Assembly (NCBI RefSeq): GCF_018350175.1
Contig: NC_058368.1
Coordinates: forward strand, 37,016,001-37,080,000
DNA: 64,000 bases
Source: Felis catus
Taxonomy: Eukaryota
Direction: 5' to 3'
The number at the start of each line of letters is the position of its first letter. Position 1 is the first letter of the stretch. Positions 61,750-64,000 of this stretch are shown here, piece by piece. Below the pieces are notes generated by a model. The model worked only from the letters and a program-made list of their open reading frames with translations. It did no database searches and had not been told where the DNA came from. The translations under genes were made by a program, and so were the position numbers.

Positions 61750-63220
61750 CATTTTATAGTGGAATTCTCTTCTTATCCCTGAAATGTTGGTTTGACTCAC
61801 TGATCTGTCCACACTCTCTTCTCCTGTACCACTTTTCAGATGATTTTGTCTACTCCAAGGGCTTCAGTTATTATCATTTGCTAATAAGTCCCACGTGTAT
61901 TTCTCTAGCAGATAGCTCTTTAGATCACAAAATCCAGTGCCTTATTGGGTTTCTCCATCTTCATTCCCACAAACACTTTAAATTCATTATGCCCAAACTG
62001 AAGTCAACATCATCTGTGTATAAATCATTCTTCCTCTGTTTTTTTTTTAGTTAAAGCTACTACCGTCAACCCAATTGTGAGAACTGAAAATCTGGGTACT
62101 AGCTTTGACTTCTTTCTCAACTCAGCCTCCACAGCAATCAAACAACAAGTTCTGCCAAATTATCTCCATTTCCACTATTACTACCTGGGCTATACTGTAT
62201 CAACTCTTTCCAGGAATATTCAACAGATCATTAAATACTATGCTTTTACCATTTCTTTGTGCAGCCATTCCGTTCTCTGCAGAATAGACAAAGTGATCTT
62301 GTAAAGCACAAATATGAGCATCCGGCCCAGTCCCAAAATCTCTGGTGCTCAGACAGGAGTGCAAATGGAGGTCAATAGTCCTTCCCCTTCTCTACCTTCA
62401 TGCTCCCTCCATTACTACCAGGGCATAGACATCGAAGTGCATTACATGCATTTATATAGAGACATTCCAACCTATGTATTTGATCACTGTCCACAGCCTC
62501 CCCTTAACAGCTGCTCAGGGGCCTTTCCTCAGGTGTAGAGGTAAGCCCATGAATGTGATCTGCCCTTATGGGACAGACTTGGGACACAGGTCACACAGGC
62601 CAAAGAAGCAGCTTGGAATCATCTAGGCATGGAATTCTATGTGAACGTATACACAGAACACGCTCTAGAAGGATGGGTATGGGTGCCAGGTGGGTTCGTG
62701 TCCTTGGCCTTTTGTACTCCTTGCTGTGTGAGTAGAGGCACAGCCAGAGGAAGCCATGGACAAGGATCTGTTTTACTGGGTCTGATACTGTGGTATTATT
62801 ACTCTCTTAGTTAAACTCATTAAATGTACTCTATTTTCCTCAGGACCAAGTCTAAACTCTTTAGGATAAACTGGAGGGCCTTTTAATGTCTGATTCATAT
62901 ATTCCTCTGTTTTATTTCTCAACATACTGTATCTCCTATTCTCTAATCTAGTACATCAGAAGTCATTTTAGGTCCTTGAATATGGAATATTCTCTTGTTC
63001 ACCTGAACTTTTGCATAAACCATTATCTTTGCCTTCAACACTCTTCATCTCTTCTCCATGTGATATTTTCTTTTCATATTTCAGATCTCTGGATGGTACT
63101 TTCTTCAAGAAAATTTCTGTTATGCTTATCCATGATAGATGTCTGTACCTCTCAACCATGATAAGTTCATGCATACCCGGTAGTATGCCTGTAATGTTTT
63201 CTTTACACACATAGTAAACA
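61750..63220 (+). mobile_element. L2 remnant interrupted by a DNA transposon
   Basis: GGCTTCAGTTATTATC, CACTTTAAATTCA..ATGCCCAAACTGAA, AGTGATCTTGTAAAGCACAAAT; resumes after about 62790. Confidence 0.65.
62315..62790. mobile_element. hAT-Tip100 (MER115-like) remnant
   Basis: GC-richer insert in L2: GGAGTGCAAATGGAGG..CCAGGTGGG..GTGTCCTTGGCC..GGCACAGCCAGAGG. Confidence 0.5.
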
Positions 63221-64000
63221 TCCACTCTATGAATCTGATTGGAGTGTCACGGAGAGGTTATGATGTCCTACCTGGTTTTGGACTATCAGCCATGTTTAGT
63301 GCCATCATGCATAGGAGAGTGTTTTCTGCTTTTCTTCACCCCCCATCTCTTGCTGTTTTGACTCTTCTCCTACCCTTTTCCTACTCTTTCCCCTCCCAGC
63401 TTCAAATTTCACTCATTTTTGTCTTTATTTTCCTTCAAGGAAACCTCAATAACAATCCTTAATTTCACAAATTTTTTAAGCTCTGCCATAGTTTCTATCT
63501 CCCAGAAAGCCAATTGAAATATATTCTAAATAAGGCCAGTATGTCTCTCAAAAAAATACTTTTCCTACTAGAAAGGAAAAACATTGTCTGTGTTTGTAGT
63601 ATGGTCAGCATGTGCTGAAGTTGGGTCTTGTTTGCTGCCCACTGCTTGAGATCTATCAGGAAGCCGAAGTAGAAAAAGTATGCATTGATTATATCTGATC
63701 TGAATAAATCTTGATTATTTCGTATCCATCTAATTAAAGCAGCCTGTACTTCAGTAACAAAAAATAGGAGTAAACCTAAGATTTTGACCCATGAAAGATG
63801 AGTGGAAATTGTGCATTAATGCGTAACTGATCACCATTAGCAACATTCTTTCATGAAACAGATGTCTTTCTGATCTTCACAGCATTGTATCTGTGAGGTC
63901 TGCCTTCTCCAGAAATGAATCCTTGATTTATTACTGCTTTGGGCTAATTGAAGAAAATGTTAAGTCTCAGCTTTGTGATTCGTGCATATTGACTATGTGG

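Overview
This is AT-rich, CpG-poor mammalian DNA, almost certainly from a carnivore and most likely a felid, judged from about 15 tRNA-derived CanSINEs of the SINEC_Fc type and from carnivore/felid L1s. Roughly half the window is recognisable transposable element. I see no intact protein-coding gene, RNA gene, CpG island or CRISPR-like array. Every ORF in the track with a recognisable product is a broken L1 ORF1/ORF2 fragment or a SINE read-through. All of the younger L1s lie on the minus strand, which suggests (inference only) an intron of a plus-strand host gene. A few weak candidate exons exist, but I cannot assign them to a gene. I found no convincing new biological system. The strongest observations concern L1 genome dynamics. 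(1) A 4.8 kb permuted L1 at 27.2-32.0 kb has, as its 5' part, a direct duplicate of its own ORF2 3' region, joined at a 4-nt microhomology; it sits inside a SINE tail under one TSD. (2) A tract of about 0.85 kb in that L1 shares private deletions with a full-length L1 12.6 kb away, which suggests ectopic gene conversion. (3) A 14.6 kb nested stack holds a full-length L1 inside a full-length L1, plus four more insertions. (4) An L1 at the window start has its 5' terminus joined directly to the end of ORF1. Repeat family names come from remembered consensus similarity, not a database search, and boundaries of old repeats are approximate.
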